A stretch of 64,000 nucleotides of DNA from positions 15,514-79,513 of the forward strand of contig DRFQ01000010.1 in assembly GCA_011050465.1 (NCBI GenBank). The letters run 5' to 3'. A program made the position numbers and the translations under genes. This document shows positions 8,841 through 18,206 of this stretch, piece by piece; the first letter of the stretch is position 1, and each line of letters begins with the position of its first letter. The notes beneath the pieces were generated by a model. That model had not been told where the DNA came from. It did not search any database and saw only the letters and a list, made by a program, of their open reading frames with translations. Origin of the DNA: Candidatus Nealsonbacteria bacterium (GTDB lineage: Bacteria; Patescibacteriota; Minisyncoccia; Minisyncoccales; RBG-13-36-15).

Positions 8841-9983
8841 ATGATTAAACTTCCTTTTAAAATAACTCTTCCCAAACTTACAATATCCCACCAGAGTTGT
8901 TTGGGTGTGGATATTGGCACAGCTTTCATTAAGATTGTTAGCCTGACAAAAGTTGGAGCAAGGGTTAAGTTGGACAATTACGGTGAAACTTCTGCCCTAA
9001 TTTTATACGAAAAACCATTTCGAACATTTGAAAAAAATACTCTCTTACTTTCCAGCTCAGAAGTTGCCAAGGCGCTCAGAGCTATTTTATCTGAAGTTAA
9101 AACCAAGAAAAAAGAAGCTGTTTTTTCGGTCCCTGATTTTTCTAGTTTCTTTACTAATTTTGAATTACCCCAGATGACAGAAGAAGAACTTCCCCAGGCG
9201 ATTCAGTTTGAAGCACCACAACATATTCCTCTTTCTCTTTCTGAGGTCACTATTGACTGGCAGGTAGTTGAAGGGAAACCAGGGGACAAAAAAGGAACTA
9301 AGCTCAAAATTCTTTTAGTGGCTGTTCCGAATGAAGTTATTTATCAATACCGAGAAATTGCTAAACTTTCCAACTTAAAGCTTCAAGGGCTGGAGGCTGA
9401 AGCTTTTAGTCTTTCTCGAGCGGCTATTAAAAATCAAGATTTGAAAAAGATAGTTTCTATCGTTGATATTGGCGCTCAAAGCACAACTTGTAGTATTATA
9501 GATAAAGGGGTCTTGAAATTAAGCCGTAGTTTTGATATTGCCGGCAACGAGCTGACACAAACCTTAGCCAAAAGTTTAAATATTAACTATAAAGCAGCAG
9601 AAGAATCAAAAAAGAAATATGGATTAAGATTTCTTAGAGGAGATTCAGAAAGAGAAACCCTTCCTGCTTTAGAAGAAAATAATCCCAAGAAAGCGGCTCA
9701 AGCTCTTGTCCCGGTGATTGATTCAATTATAGTGGAGATCAAAAGAATCTTTCAAAATTTCCGGCAAACTGAAGATAAGACAGTCGAAAAAATTATTCTG
9801 ACCGGGGGCACATCTTTAATCCCTGGTTTCCAAGAACATTTCTCTTCTTCTTTAGAAAAAGAAACAGAGGTAATTAATCCTTTTGCCGATATTTTTTATC
9901 CCCCTATTCTAGAAAAATCTTTAAAGGAAATGGGACCAGCATATGCCGTTGTCGTAGGAGCTGCTCTCCGTGGCTTGAGATAG
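8841..9983 (+). CDS. pilM: Type IV pilus assembly protein PilM (actin-like ATPase fold)
   Basis: 380 aa. GVDIGTAFIKIV and VDIGAQSTTCSI actin-fold phosphate motifs. First gene of a pilMNO-like run. Confidence 0.8.
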   Translation: MIKLPFKITLPKLTISHQSCLGVDIGTAFIKIVSLTKVGARVKLDNYGETSALILYEKPFRTFEKNTLLLSSSEVAKALRAILSEVKTKKKEAVFSVPDFSSFFTNFELPQMTEEELPQAIQFEAPQHIPLSLSEVTIDWQVVEGKPGDKKGTKLKILLVAVPNEVIYQYREIAKLSNLKLQGLEAEAFSLSRAAIKNQDLKKIVSIVDIGAQSTTCSIIDKGVLKLSRSFDIAGNELTQTLAKSLNINYKAAEESKKKYGLRFLRGDSERETLPALEENNPKKAAQALVPVIDSIIVEIKRIFQNFRQTEDKTVEKIILTGGTSLIPGFQEHFSSSLEKETEVINPFADIFYPPILEKSLKEMGPAYAVVVGAALRGLR

Positions 9984-10091
9984 AAACCTTGGCCTAAACA
10001 ATCTTCACGCAGATCTCTAGAATTAGATATATGAGTCGATCCATGTTGCTGATCTGCGAGGAAATCTGCGTTTTTCACGAAGTGAAAAATT

Positions 10092-10622
10092 ATGATAGAA
10101 ATTATACCTAAACCAACAAAAAAAGAGCCCGTATGGACAAAGATTCTGTTTTTTCTCTCAATAGCAGTTTTAATGGGAATTACTGTGGCTTTCTTTCTTT
10201 TCGGTTATTTTATCGGGGAAGAAGAGAAGACTTTAGAATCAACAAAGAAAATTTTAGCCCAACCAAGAAGCACGAATGAACAGGAGTTAGAAAGAAGAGT
10301 TTCTCAATATCAGCGAAAGATTGACGACTTCACTCTTTTAATTAACCAGCATAAAGTTAGCTCTGATTTTTTTGCGTTTCTGGAGGGAATAACTCATCCC
10401 CAAGTCTGGATTTCTGAATTAAATTTAAATACCCAAACAGCCGAAGTTGAATTGTCAGGGGAGGCAGAAAAGACAGCTTTGGGTCAGCAACTTTTAATTT
10501 TTAGAGAAGACAAACAAATTTTAAGAACAGATTTATCTAATGTTCGGGTGAAAGAGGGAGAGAAAGTTGGTTTTACTATTTTACTTTTTCTTCATCCAGA
10601 AATTTTCAAATTTTTAAAATAA
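10092..10622 (+). CDS. PilN-like bitopic pilus alignment protein
   Basis: 176 aa. One N-terminal TM helix, a coiled-coil segment, position directly after pilM. Confidence 0.55.
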   Translation: MIEIIPKPTKKEPVWTKILFFLSIAVLMGITVAFFLFGYFIGEEEKTLESTKKILAQPRSTNEQELERRVSQYQRKIDDFTLLINQHKVSSDFFAFLEGITHPQVWISELNLNTQTAEVELSGEAEKTALGQQLLIFREDKQILRTDLSNVRVKEGEKVGFTILLFLHPEIFKFLK

Positions 10623-11165
10623 ATGCCTAGAATTTTTATCAGTTTTATTTTACTTGGTATTTCCCTTGTTCTTGGGGTAATTTTCTTTTGGCCTCGTTAT
10701 CAAGAATTAGATAATCTTCGGGTTCAAATCGAGAATGAAAAACAGGAAATTCAGAATCAAAATGAATATTATCAAGCGCTGTCCCTGATTTCTAAAGAGC
10801 TCGATAAACACCGAGAAGAACTAACAAAAATTGATTCGGCCCTATCCCTTAATCCTCCGTTACTATCATTATTGAAGTATTTACAAAAAGTTGCTCCCGA
10901 AAATGGACTAATCTTAACGGGTATCAGCTCCTTTTCGACTAAACCTATTCCTGAAAGAGCCGATATTAAAGAAATCCAGGGTTCTTTAGAACTTTCTGGT
11001 TCTTACTCTTCTTTGAAAAACTTTTTGAAAACTTTAGAGAAATCAGCTCGTCTAATTGAAGTAGATAGTATTTCTTTTTCGGCTTCTCAGAACAAAGAAA
11101 GCGAGACAGTTGAGATATCAGAGATATTTAATTTTTCACTATCAATAAGAACTAAATCTTATTAA
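10623..11165 (+). CDS. PilO-like bitopic pilus alignment protein
   Basis: 180 aa. N-terminal TM helix plus a long coiled coil. Start abuts the upstream stop. Confidence 0.6.
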   Translation: MPRIFISFILLGISLVLGVIFFWPRYQELDNLRVQIENEKQEIQNQNEYYQALSLISKELDKHREELTKIDSALSLNPPLLSLLKYLQKVAPENGLILTGISSFSTKPIPERADIKEIQGSLELSGSYSSLKNFLKTLEKSARLIEVDSISFSASQNKESETVEISEIFNFSLSIRTKSY

Positions 11166-11287
11166 TCCTTCGACATTGCAGTCCGGTCTTGAGCATTTTG
11201 GCCCGATTGAATGGAAGACTTCACTGCCGAAAGGCTCGGGATTAAGGCTGAGGGCTTCGAGTAAGCCTCAGCCGAACTCCTCGCCGA

Positions 11288-11563
11288 ATGTTTTCAATGG
11301 CTTTGCCATTTTTTCAACAAAGAAAAAGACAAAAATATTTAAATTGGATTTTTATAATTGCAGTTTTAATTGGCGCACTTTGGTTTGGCCAAAATTATTT
11401 ATTTAAACCCCTCTCTTCTCCACCATTGACACCAAAAGAAAAGAAGGTAGAAATCAATCTCGAGATATTAGAGAAACCCATACTTCAAGAACTTCAGCCT
11501 TTTGAAGAAATCCCTCCCTTTGAAGGAGATATCGGTCGAGAAAACCCCTTTTTACCATATTAA
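11288..11563 (+). CDS. Small single-pass membrane protein of the pilus operon (function unknown)
   Basis: 91 aa. Basic N-terminus, one TM helix (WIFIIAVLIGALWF), Pro/Glu-rich tail. Call rests on position only. Confidence 0.4.
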   Translation: MFSMALPFFQQRKRQKYLNWIFIIAVLIGALWFGQNYLFKPLSSPPLTPKEKKVEINLEILEKPILQELQPFEEIPPFEGDIGRENPFLPY

Positions 11564-11697
11564 AAAATGACACCAATACACTAATCGTATACTAATGTCA
11601 CGAATAATTTATTAGTGTTATTCGTGCTTTATCAACCCTACGGGGAGTCTCACTCTTTCTGAAGAAAGAGTGAGCCAGAGTAAATTAGTGTCGGGTT

Positions 11698-13452
11698 ATG
11701 ACTTTAGTTATGACTTTAGTTCAACAATTACTCAAGCAAGAGGTAATTGACAGAGAAAAGGCCACTTCTTTAGAATTTGAAATTAAAAACTCAGGAAGGA
11801 AAGAAGAAGAGGTAATTTTAGAAAAAGGAGTGGTTGATGAAAAATTCTTATTTAATCTGAAAAGCGAAAATCTTAAAATTCCCCTAAGAGAAGTCCGCGC
11901 CGAAGATGTTCTTCTGGAAACCTTAGAACTTATTCCCGAAGAGTCAATCAGATACTACAAAATGATTCCTTTAGCCAAAGATAATAATGTCTTAGAGATA
12001 GGAATGGTTTATCCCAGAGATACGGTTGCCCAGGAAGCTTTAAAATTCTTAGCTCGCCAGAATAAGTTCTCTTATCAGATTTCTCTAATTGCTCCCACTA
12101 CCCTTGACAACCTTCTAAAACAATACCGCACCCTGAAAGGAGAGGTTACCCAGGCCTTAGAAGAGTTAGAAACCGAGCTGAAAGGCGAGAAAGTCAAGGC
12201 CAGACCTTTAAAGAAATCAGAGATGGAAAGGTTGGTCGAAGAAGCCCCCGTTGTTAAGATAGTAGCTGTTATTGTTAGGCATGCTGTAGAGGGGAGAGCT
12301 TCTGATATCCACATCGAACCCCTTAGAAAAAAATCAAGAGTTCGTTTTAGAGTAGATGGCCTTTTAAAATCTAGTATTTTTTTACCCCTAAGAATTCATT
12401 CAGCAGTGATAGCAAGAATAAAAATTCTTTCCAACATGAAGCTTGATGAAACTAGAATCCCTCAAGATGGACGTTTTTCTACCAGGATAGGAAATCATGA
12501 TATTGATTTTAGGGTCTCAACCTTTCCTACCATCTTGGGAGAAAAAGTAGCTCTTAGAATTTTAGACCCAGAGAAAGGATTAAAGTCAGTTGAAGGGCTT
12601 GGTTTAACAGGAAGAAACTTAAAAATAACGAAAGAAGCTCTCCAAAAACCTTATGGGTTGATTTTGATTACCGGTCCAACTAGCAGCGGCAAAACCACTA
12701 CTTTATATGCCATGCTCTCTCGTTTAAATAAAGAGGAGGTAAATATTTTAACCCTGGAAGACCCAGTTGAATATTATCTCGATGGCATCAACCAGTCTCA
12801 GGTTAGACCGGAACTTGGTTTTGATTTTGCCAAGGGTCTTAGGCATTTAGTTAGACAAAATCCTAACATCTTAATGGTTGGAGAAATTCGAGACCCGGAA
12901 ACTGCCAACGCTGCCATCCATGCCACCCTAACTGGCCATATAGTTCTATCGACCTTACATACTACAAATGCTTTAGGGGTGGTTCCGAGATTAGTTGATA
13001 TGGGAGTGGAGCCATTTTTAATTCCGGCAGTTTTAAATATTGCCATGGCCCAGAGATTGATTAGGATTCTTTGCCCAGATTGTAAAAAAAAGATAGTACC
13101 GAAACCAGAAATTAAAGATTTAATCCTTAAAGATATTGAGAATTTGCCTTCTTCGACAAAAAAAGACGTTAAAATTCCAAATCCACTCAAGATTTATACA
13201 GCCGAAGGTTGTAAAAAATGTAATCAACAAGGGTTTTTTGGCCGGACAGCTATTTTCGAGGTTTTAAAAATGACAGACGAATTAGCTGAGATTATTTTAA
13301 AAGGCACAACCGAGGCCAAGATTAAAGAAGAAGCTTTCCGTCAGGGAATGATTACTATGAAACAAGACGGAGTCTTAAAGGTTCTTCAGGGCATCACTTC
13401 AATAGAGGAAGTTATTAGAGCAGCTGAAGAAATAAGAATAGTGGAGGGATAA
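11698..13452 (+). CDS. pilB: Type IV pilus extension ATPase PilB (GspE family)
   Basis: 584 aa. ASDIHIEP, GPTSSGKTTTLY (Walker A), MVGEIRD, tetracysteine CPDC...CKKC. The first 12 nt are tandemly duplicated (atgactttagtt x2), so the start could be 11710. Confidence 0.9.
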   Translation: MTLVMTLVQQLLKQEVIDREKATSLEFEIKNSGRKEEEVILEKGVVDEKFLFNLKSENLKIPLREVRAEDVLLETLELIPEESIRYYKMIPLAKDNNVLEIGMVYPRDTVAQEALKFLARQNKFSYQISLIAPTTLDNLLKQYRTLKGEVTQALEELETELKGEKVKARPLKKSEMERLVEEAPVVKIVAVIVRHAVEGRASDIHIEPLRKKSRVRFRVDGLLKSSIFLPLRIHSAVIARIKILSNMKLDETRIPQDGRFSTRIGNHDIDFRVSTFPTILGEKVALRILDPEKGLKSVEGLGLTGRNLKITKEALQKPYGLILITGPTSSGKTTTLYAMLSRLNKEEVNILTLEDPVEYYLDGINQSQVRPELGFDFAKGLRHLVRQNPNILMVGEIRDPETANAAIHATLTGHIVLSTLHTTNALGVVPRLVDMGVEPFLIPAVLNIAMAQRLIRILCPDCKKKIVPKPEIKDLILKDIENLPSSTKKDVKIPNPLKIYTAEGCKKCNQQGFFGRTAIFEVLKMTDELAEIILKGTTEAKIKEEAFRQGMITMKQDGVLKVLQGITSIEEVIRAAEEIRIVEG

Positions 13453-13580
13453 TAACCACCAATAAAACACTAATTAAGACCACCAATAGAACACTAATTT
13501 AACACAAATATTCACTAATAACGTATTCGTGATAATTAGTGAGTAATTCGTAATTTATTCGTGGTTGTGATTCGCGGCAT
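13450..13580 (+). repeat. 131-bp intergenic module, copy 1 (TTAGTG/TTCGTG word array filling the pilB stop to regulator ATG gap)
   Basis: Differs from 15014-15144 at 6 positions over 131 bp by manual alignment. Confidence 0.9.
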
Positions 13581-13949
13581 ATGAAAACAATTTTACTAAT
13601 TGAAGACGACCCCTTTTTAGTTGATCTTTATACCACTAAATTCAAAGAGATTGGATTTGAAGTTGAGGTTGCCACTAACGGCCGAGAAGGATTGAGAAAG
13701 ATGAAAGTAAAAAAGCCCGATATTTTGCTTTTGGATATTGTTTTACCAGCTATTAATGGCTGGGAAATTCTTGGAGAGATGAAAAAAGATGAAGGGTTGA
13801 AAGATTTAAAAGTTGTTATTCTTTCTAATCTTACTTCAAAAGAGGAGGTAGAGAGAGGCCTAAAACTGGGAGCGGATAAATATTTAATTAAATCCCACTA
13901 TACTCCCTCAGAAGTCGTTAAGGAAATTAAAAAAATTTTAGAACAATGA
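13581..13949 (+). CDS. CheY-like single-domain response regulator
   Basis: 122 aa. LLIEDDP, DILLLDIVLP (phospho-acceptor Asp context), conserved K (YLIKS). No output domain. Confidence 0.85.
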   Translation: MKTILLIEDDPFLVDLYTTKFKEIGFEVEVATNGREGLRKMKVKKPDILLLDIVLPAINGWEILGEMKKDEGLKDLKVVILSNLTSKEEVERGLKLGADKYLIKSHYTPSEVVKEIKKILEQ

Positions 13950-15016
13950 CAGATTACCACAATTTAATAAAAGAATTTCTTTCTTTATGCATTGAAGCTC
14001 AAGCTTCGGACCTGCATCTTTCGGTTGACCATCCGCCAATACTGAGAATTACCGGAAGATTGGTTCCCCTCTTGAAGGAGAGAAAATTAATCGCTCAAGA
14101 TACCCAAGAATTAGCCTTTGTTCTAATGACCGAGAATCAAAAAGAGAAATTTTTAAGAGAAAAGGAAATTGATTTTTCCTATGCTTTTGGCGAAAAAGCC
14201 CGTTTTAGACTAAACATTTTTTTCCAAAGTTCAAATATTAGTATTGCCTGCCGTTTGATTCCGTCTAAAATTAAAACCATTGAAGAACTAAATCTCCCGC
14301 CAATTTTACATACTTTTACCCATCATAGTCAGGGATTTGTTTTAATAACCGGCCCCTCTTCTCATGGTAAATCGACTACTCTAGCTGCTTTAATCGATGA
14401 GATTAATCATACCCGGGCTGATCACATTATTACCATTGAAGATCCGATTGAATATGTTTTCGAAGACGATCGTTCAATTATTGACCAAAGAGAGCTTTAT
14501 GCAGATACCCACTCTTTTACCAGGTCTCTCCGTTCTACTTTACGTCAGGATCCCGATGTTATTATGGTTGGAGAAATGCGGGACTCCGAAACTATGACCA
14601 CGGCCATTACTGCTGCTGAAACAGGCCACTTGGTCTTTGCAACCCTGCACACCAATTCAGCCGGCCAGAGCATACATCGGATTGTTGATTCTTTTTCTCC
14701 TGCCCAACAGAACCAAATTAGAGCTCAGTTGGCTTCTTCTTTATTGGGAGTGATTTCTCAAAGATTAATCCCCAGTCTTAAGGGAGGTTTAATACCTGCC
14801 TGTGAGGTGATGCTGGCCACTCCAGCTATTGCCAATTTAATTCGAGAAAATAAAGTTCACGAGATTCCTTTAGTCATTGATACCTCAGCTGAAGAAGGGA
14901 TGATATCTTTAGATAGATCTTTGGCCGCATTAGTGAGAAGAAAAGAGATTTCTTTGGATAGTGCTTTGCTTTATTCTCAAAGTCCGACGGAATTACGGAT
15001 GTTAGTAAGAAGATAA
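13946..15016 (+). CDS. pilT: Twitching-motility retraction ATPase PilT
   Basis: 356 aa. ASDLHL, GPSSHGKSTTLA (Walker A), MVGEMRD, GHLVFATLHT. The start overlaps the regulator stop (ATGA). Confidence 0.9.
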   Translation: MTDYHNLIKEFLSLCIEAQASDLHLSVDHPPILRITGRLVPLLKERKLIAQDTQELAFVLMTENQKEKFLREKEIDFSYAFGEKARFRLNIFFQSSNISIACRLIPSKIKTIEELNLPPILHTFTHHSQGFVLITGPSSHGKSTTLAALIDEINHTRADHIITIEDPIEYVFEDDRSIIDQRELYADTHSFTRSLRSTLRQDPDVIMVGEMRDSETMTTAITAAETGHLVFATLHTNSAGQSIHRIVDSFSPAQQNQIRAQLASSLLGVISQRLIPSLKGGLIPACEVMLATPAIANLIRENKVHEIPLVIDTSAEEGMISLDRSLAALVRRKEISLDSALLYSQSPTELRMLVRR

Positions 15017-15144
15017 TAACCACCAATAAAACGCTAATTAAGACCACCAATAAAACACTAATTTAACACAAATATTCACTAATAACGTATTCGTGATAAT
15101 TAGTGAGCAATTCGTAATTTATTCGTGGTTGTGATTCGTGGTCT
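15014..15144 (+). repeat. 131-bp intergenic module, copy 2 (pilT stop to pilC ATG)
   Basis: Near-identical to 13450-13580. Both copies start at the upstream TAA and end at the downstream ATG. Confidence 0.9.
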
Positions 15145-16353
15145 ATGAAGTTTTCCTATCAAGCCAGAACTGAAGATGGAGACATTCAATCAGGTATTGT
15201 TGAAGCTTTTAGTCGAGAGGCAGCTTTGGCTATATTGCAAAAACACGGAATTTTCATCACCGCTTTAGAGGAAGCTGGGGCTCATCCTATTTTTGCTAAA
15301 AAAATAAAATTATTTAGGGGAATTTCCAGAAGAGATAAGGCTATTTTTGCCCGCCAGCTTTCAATTATGTTTAAAAGCAAGGTAGCTTTAACCGAATCTT
15401 TGAGGGTGATGGTTATCCAGACTGAAAGCCTTTCTTTCCGGGAAAAAATTGTTAAAATTACTGAAGACGTTGAAGCTGGAGCCTCTTTGTCTAAGGCCCT
15501 TTCCCGTTTTTCGGAGGTCTTCTCCCCCTTTTTTATCAGTATAATTAAATCAGGAGAAACAGCTGGTAAGCTTTCCAAAGCCTTGGAATATTTAGCTGAT
15601 CACCTAGAGAAAGAAAATGATTTTTATTCTCGAATTCAAGGAGCAATGCTTTATCCTATAATGGTAATGGTAGTGATGGGTGGAGTAGTTTTGATAATGG
15701 TTCTCTTTGTTTTTCCTCAGATTTCCCAAATTGTTAAAGACATGGGGGTTGAGCCTCCTTTAATGACTAGAATTGTTTTTGGGACGGTTGATTTTATCAA
15801 AAAATGGATAATAGTTATGATTTTAGTTTTCATTACTGCCGTCTTATTCGTTTACCAGTACTTGAAAACAAAGGAAGGAAAAACCCTTTGGAATAAAGTT
15901 TCTCTAAAGATTCCGGTAATCAGCGGTCTTTTAAAAAAAATCTATCTTTCTCGTTTTGCTGAAAATCTTTCCACTTTGATTTCAGGCGGTGTCCAGATAG
16001 CCCCGGCTTTAGAGACAGCCGGAGAGGTAGTTGGCAACGAAGTGTACAAAGCTATTATTATTGAAGCTCGTGATACTGTTAGAAAGGGAGGCCAGATAAA
16101 TTCAGTCTTTGCCAAATATCCAGGAAGCTTCCCGCCTCTTTTTACCCAAATGACTTCAGTGGGGGAGAGGACCGGAACCTTAGAGGAAACTTTAATGCAT
16201 TTAGTTGATTTCTACCAAAAAGAAGTTAACAGAAGCTTGGAAAATGTTCTAGATTTATTGGTTCCCCTTACCATTGTGGTTTTAGGAATAGTTGTCGGAG
16301 GAATGGTGGGGTCTGTGATTCTTACTCTTTATAATGTCGTCGGAATGATGTAA
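15145..16353 (+). CDS. pilC: Type IV pilus platform protein PilC (GspF family)
   Basis: 402 aa. Two GspF-type repeats and three TM segments. Confidence 0.85.
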   Translation: MKFSYQARTEDGDIQSGIVEAFSREAALAILQKHGIFITALEEAGAHPIFAKKIKLFRGISRRDKAIFARQLSIMFKSKVALTESLRVMVIQTESLSFREKIVKITEDVEAGASLSKALSRFSEVFSPFFISIIKSGETAGKLSKALEYLADHLEKENDFYSRIQGAMLYPIMVMVVMGGVVLIMVLFVFPQISQIVKDMGVEPPLMTRIVFGTVDFIKKWIIVMILVFITAVLFVYQYLKTKEGKTLWNKVSLKIPVISGLLKKIYLSRFAENLSTLISGGVQIAPALETAGEVVGNEVYKAIIIEARDTVRKGGQINSVFAKYPGSFPPLFTQMTSVGERTGTLEETLMHLVDFYQKEVNRSLENVLDLLVPLTIVVLGIVVGGMVGSVILTLYNVVGMM

Positions 16354-16388
16354 CCCCCCACCACTTTTAAATAAAAAGTGGTGGGGGG
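16354..16388 (+). terminator. Strong hairpin after pilC
   Basis: ccccccaccactttt-aaataa-aaagtggtgggggg, a perfect long stem. Confidence 0.6.
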
Positions 16389-16558
16389 CTCGGTTCTCGC
16401 TTCACCGAGCACTTAACGACTCAACGTTTTAAGTGCTTGGCTTCGCTCGACTTTTCCACAACTTGACTTGATTTAGATATGTTATAGTAAAAAAAGACAT
16501 TAATAAAAGGTCGAGCCAATAAACAATAAACAATAAATAATAAATAATAAAATTGAAA

Positions 16559-17110
16559 ATGACTCAATTTTTCAGTAAAAAAAGAGGAGAAAAGGGTTTT
16601 ACCTTGATTGAATTATTGGTGGTTATCGCCATTATCGGAATTTTAGCCGGAATTGTCTTGGTGGCTTTGGGTGGAGCAAGAGACAAAGCCAAAGATGCCA
16701 GAATTCAAGCTAGTGTAGCTCAAACAAGAGCGCTTGCGGAAATGTTATATACTGGTACTGTGTACCCCGACGGAACCGCTGGTGCCAACGACGGCTTTGA
16801 TACACCAGTGTATACTGGTGGTACCGCTCCTGCTTGTACTGGGGACACGACCCGTGACTCAAGTTTAAAAGCTCTTGACGGTGATGTACGCGCACAACAA
16901 GGTGCACTCTGTACTACTGCTGCGGCCGTGAATACAGGTGCCTTGGGGAAAGCAGGCATCTTTATAGTAAAGTCTGCTGGCGATGATGCTTACGCGGCCT
17001 ATGTGGCTCTTAAGAGTGGGACCGACAAAGGTTGGTGTGTTGATTCTATTGGTAAATCCCAGGCTTATACTCTTCTGGCGGCAGATCCGACGACGACAAC
17101 TTGTCCATAG
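16559..17110 (+). CDS. Type IV pilin, paralog 1 (candidate major pilin)
   Basis: Leader MTQFFSKKRGEKG then FTLIELLVVIAIIGILAGIVL (class III signal, G|F cleavage site, Glu+5). C-terminal Cys pair. The track ORF begins at TTG 16553; the first ATG is 16559. Confidence 0.85.
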   Translation: MTQFFSKKRGEKGFTLIELLVVIAIIGILAGIVLVALGGARDKAKDARIQASVAQTRALAEMLYTGTVYPDGTAGANDGFDTPVYTGGTAPACTGDTTRDSSLKALDGDVRAQQGALCTTAAAVNTGALGKAGIFIVKSAGDDAYAAYVALKSGTDKGWCVDSIGKSQAYTLLAADPTTTTCP

Positions 17111-17205
17111 AGTATGTAAAAATTGTCTAAATTAGGGCGTAAATTAGGGTCAGTTCTATTTCCTGATTGAAAATTAGTGAGATCATCCTTACACACGATT
17201 TCCGG

Positions 17206-17237
17206 CAATCAACCCGCCAGCGGCGGGTTGATTTTTT
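17206..17237 (+). terminator. Rho-independent terminator after pilin 1
   Basis: caatcaacccgcc-agcg-gcgggttgatt followed by a T-run. Confidence 0.75.
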
Positions 17238-17299
17238 TATTTCTTTTCTTTAATTTTTGTTGTATAATTTAAGAATACAAAAACAATTAACAATTAACA

Positions 17300-17803
17300 A
17301 TGCACTCAATCCTTATCAGAAAATATCGAGGCTTCACTCTCATTGAGATACTAGTCGTTATTGCCATCATCGGAATTTTGGCAGGCATCGTTTTGGTGGC
17401 TATGGGTGGAGCGAGGAATAAGGCAAAAGATTCCAGGATTATTGCCGAGATGGGCCAGCTTCGGAACGCAGCCGATCTATTTTACAACAATAATCACGAT
17501 AGTTATACCAGCCCTCCAGGTTCTACCAACTTTGATTGTACCGTTACTAACCCAAACATTGATGCCCTTTGCGCTGACATGGCTGTCCAGGGAGGGATAA
17601 AACCATCTGATGAAGCTACTCCTGAATACGGGGTAGATATTATTGTTACTGATCAGGCTTATTGCGCCGAGGTAAAATTAAATTCAGGGAAATATTGGTG
17701 TATAGACAGTCAGGGGAGATCAGCGAGATATGATGCGAACACTACACCCACTGAGCCTGCCTGTGATGATACGCCTGGCTCAGAAGTTTATACTTGCGAA
17801 TAA
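17300..17803 (+). CDS. Type IV pilin, paralog 2
   Basis: MHSILIRKYRG then FTLIEILVVIAIIGILAGIVLVAMGGARNKAKDSRI. The N-terminal 40 aa are near-identical to paralog 1 and the C-terminal domain is divergent, with four Cys. Confidence 0.85.
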   Translation: MHSILIRKYRGFTLIEILVVIAIIGILAGIVLVAMGGARNKAKDSRIIAEMGQLRNAADLFYNNNHDSYTSPPGSTNFDCTVTNPNIDALCADMAVQGGIKPSDEATPEYGVDIIVTDQAYCAEVKLNSGKYWCIDSQGRSARYDANTTPTEPACDDTPGSEVYTCE

Positions 17804-17837
17804 TAAATTTAAAAAACGAAAAAGCCGGATTTTTTTC

Positions 17838-17872
17838 GCAATCAACCCGCCGAAGAGGCGGGTTGATTTTTT
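17838..17872 (+). terminator. Rho-independent terminator after pilin 2 (paralog of 17206-17237)
   Basis: gcaatcaacccgcc-gaagag-gcgggttgatttttt. Confidence 0.75.
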
Positions 17873-18206
17873 CATGTTTATTTCGACACCTTTGATTCCC
17901 CCAATAACCTTAATATAATAATTTTACCGGGAACTGTTCCCGAAAAGTTAGTCTTTTATTTCCCTTTTTTAATTTTTAGAGTATAATTTAATAATGTTTA
18001 GTTCGACAAAAGCGAAGAAAATTTTCCGCGTCGTGCCCACCTACCTTCTCGACGCAAATCAGATAGAACTGACACGCGATAATCATTCTCAAGGTGCCAG
18101 TTTTAAGTATTTCAACGGGCAGGAAGGCGGGCGGGTGAATCCGCATAGCTACCCGCGCCTGCCCCGTAGGGAACTAAAGGTTCTCCTTCGGGGTCAATCC
18201 GCTTCT

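Noticed and set aside
11176-11406. 76-aa ORF overlapping the start of the 11288 gene
   Set aside because: It covers the GC-rich hairpin ggctgaggg-cttcgagtaa-gcctcagcc and overlaps a better membrane-protein ORF in another frame.
11698-11721. 12-nt tandem duplication at the pilB start (atgactttagtt x2)
   Set aside because: It is real in the sequence but adds only MTLV in-frame. It was noted as start-codon ambiguity rather than as a separate finding.
13450-15144. CRISPR array or other spacer-repeat structure among the repeated intergenic modules
   Set aside because: The repeats are 90-131 bp, are separated by whole genes, and there are only two near-identical copies. There is no regular short repeat-spacer periodicity and there are no cas genes in the window.
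16700-17110. Diversity-generating retroelement variable region in the GC-rich pilin domain
   Set aside because: The window contains no reverse transcriptase and no template repeat with the adenine-specific mismatch pattern.
17994-18206. c-di-GMP or other riboswitch in the pilin-3 leader
   Set aside because: Only a vague gacgcaaa word resembles GEMM-I. The bulk of the leader matches the genome's own hairpin repeat family (inverted TACGGGGCAG element), so a repeat insertion is the simpler explanation.
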